Positions 62,940 to 64,000 of a DNA stretch of 64,000 nucleotides are shown one piece after another. The stretch is from the NCBI RefSeq assembly GCF_006345805.1, contig NC_042998.1, positions 155,496,001 to 155,560,000 of the forward strand. The letters run 5' to 3'. The notes beneath the pieces were generated by a model. The model searched no databases, had not been told where the DNA came from, and saw nothing but the letters and a program-made list of their open reading frames with translations. The position numbers were made by a program, and so were the translations under genes. The stretch is from Octopus sinensis. Lineage: Eukaryota. Position 1 is the stretch's first letter; every line of letters starts with the position of its first letter.

Positions 62940-63830
62940 TATATATATTTACTTATTTGTTACTTTATTTATATATTGTACTATCCAAGTAGAATCTTTT
63001 GCATAACTTCTCTTTCATTACTTTCTCTTTCTCTGTCTCTTCACCTTCACCCACTTCAATTTCTCACTATATCCAAGTAGAATCTTTTGCATAACTTCAT
63101 CTCTTTAATTACTTTCTCTCTGTTTCTTCACCTTCGCCCACTTCGCTTTTATCAATTTCTCACTATATCCAAGTAGAATCTTTTGCATAACTTCTTCTCT
63201 TTCATTACTTTCTTTCTCTCTGTCTCTTCGCCTCTCCCTGTCACACCATCTTTCTCCTCTCAGCCTCTCACTCTTCCTAAATATATAGACGCGAACATTA
63301 GAAATATAGTCGTAATTAGTTTAGAAGAAAACTTTCGTAGTTACAGACATATATATTTATAATTAGTTTAGAAGAGAACTTTCATAGTTGCAGATAAATA
63401 TATATTTATTTGTTACTTTATTTATATATTCTACTATCCAAGTAGAATCTTTTTTGCATAACTTCATCTCTTTCTTTTCTTTCTCTCTCTCTTCACTTCT
63501 CTCTATTACACCATCTTTCTTCTCTCAGCCTCTCAATCTTCCTAAATATATAGACATGAACATTCTCCTCTCACTCTCTCTCATTTTCATCTTATCTTCT
63601 CTCAGCCGCTCAATCTTTTGCATAACTTCCTCTCTTTCACTCTCTCTCTCTTCACTTCTCTCCATCACGCCTCTTTCTCTGTCACACCATCTTTCCTCTC
63701 TCAGCCTCTCAATTTTCCTAAATATATAGACACGAACATTCTCCTCTCACTCTCTCTTACTCTCTTCTTATCTTCTCTCAGCTGCTCAATCTCTCTAAAT
63801 ACATAGACACTTTCTTTCTCTATTTCTTCT
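62940..63830 (+). repeat. CT-rich tandem array in the presumed 5' UTR of the plus-strand LINE
   Basis: four copies of TATCCAAGTAGAATCTTTTGCATAACTTC (near-identical) and four of CTCAGC..CTAAATA(T/C)ATAGAC. Confidence 0.8.
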
Positions 63831-63899
63831 TTACCCTCTATTACACTGTTGAATTTTAAATATAATTAGATAGATAAATAAAAAAAATATACAAAAAAA

Positions 63900-64000
63900 A
63901 TGTCCAGAACCTGGAGGAGCATGGAATTGGCCTTGTTTTTGAGAGCCCGGTACTGTGCTGATGGAAATAACCCAGACAACATAATTACAGCTGCGCTGAA
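63900..64000 (+). CDS. Start of a paralogous LINE ORF1, truncated by the window edge: MSRTWRSMELALFLRARYCADGNNPDNIITAAL
   Basis: aligns without gaps to ORF1 at 61719 (MSRAWRPDKLDLFVRAWKCADGDSPSEVIAAAL); shared TTAGATAGATAAA just upstream of both ATGs. Confidence 0.85.
   Translation, partial: MSRTWRSMELALFLRARYCADGNNPDNIITAAL

Noticed and set aside
4995-63806. Many ORF-track ORFs over (TA)n, (CA)n and CT-rich tracts (e.g. 4995-5306, 11059-11361, 23584-24029, 53092-53636, 63388-63729)
   Set aside because: Low-complexity translations of microsatellites, or antisense frames of TEs, with no protein motifs
61780-63830. Repeat arrays as CRISPR-like loci
   Set aside because: Irregular degenerate units, no unique spacers of constant length, no cas genes, eukaryotic context

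Overview
AT-rich animal genomic DNA. The repeat landscape (tRNA-derived SINEs in TA microsatellites, abundant RTE LINEs, mariner, piggyBac, Penelope) resembles a coleoid cephalopod such as Octopus; this is an inference from repeat style. The window is mostly intronic sequence of one minus-strand host gene. Nine small exons (57634 down to 17883) splice in phase into an open coiled-coil protein segment, with two further candidate exons at 6026-6082 and 410-468. The introns are filled with nested TEs: RTE LINEs (one family with a PHD finger inside ORF2), CR1-like LINEs, an L1/Tx1 remnant, Penelope-like remnants, mariner, maT/Tc1, Tigger, hAT, two piggyBacs (one a single base from intact), a non-autonomous Helitron, MITEs and SINEs. 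The most notable signals are: (1) a CR1-like LINE whose intact ORF1 combines an N-terminal Myb/SANT(trihelix)-like motif with a CCCH finger, with a diverged paralog starting head-to-head at 63900; (2) up to five type I hammerhead ribozyme motifs, two well formed; (3) a near-intact piggyBac; (4) a SINE/LINE shared 3' tail with a covarying stem-loop. There is a 100-N assembly gap at 57790-57889. All alignments were done by eye and no database searches were run.
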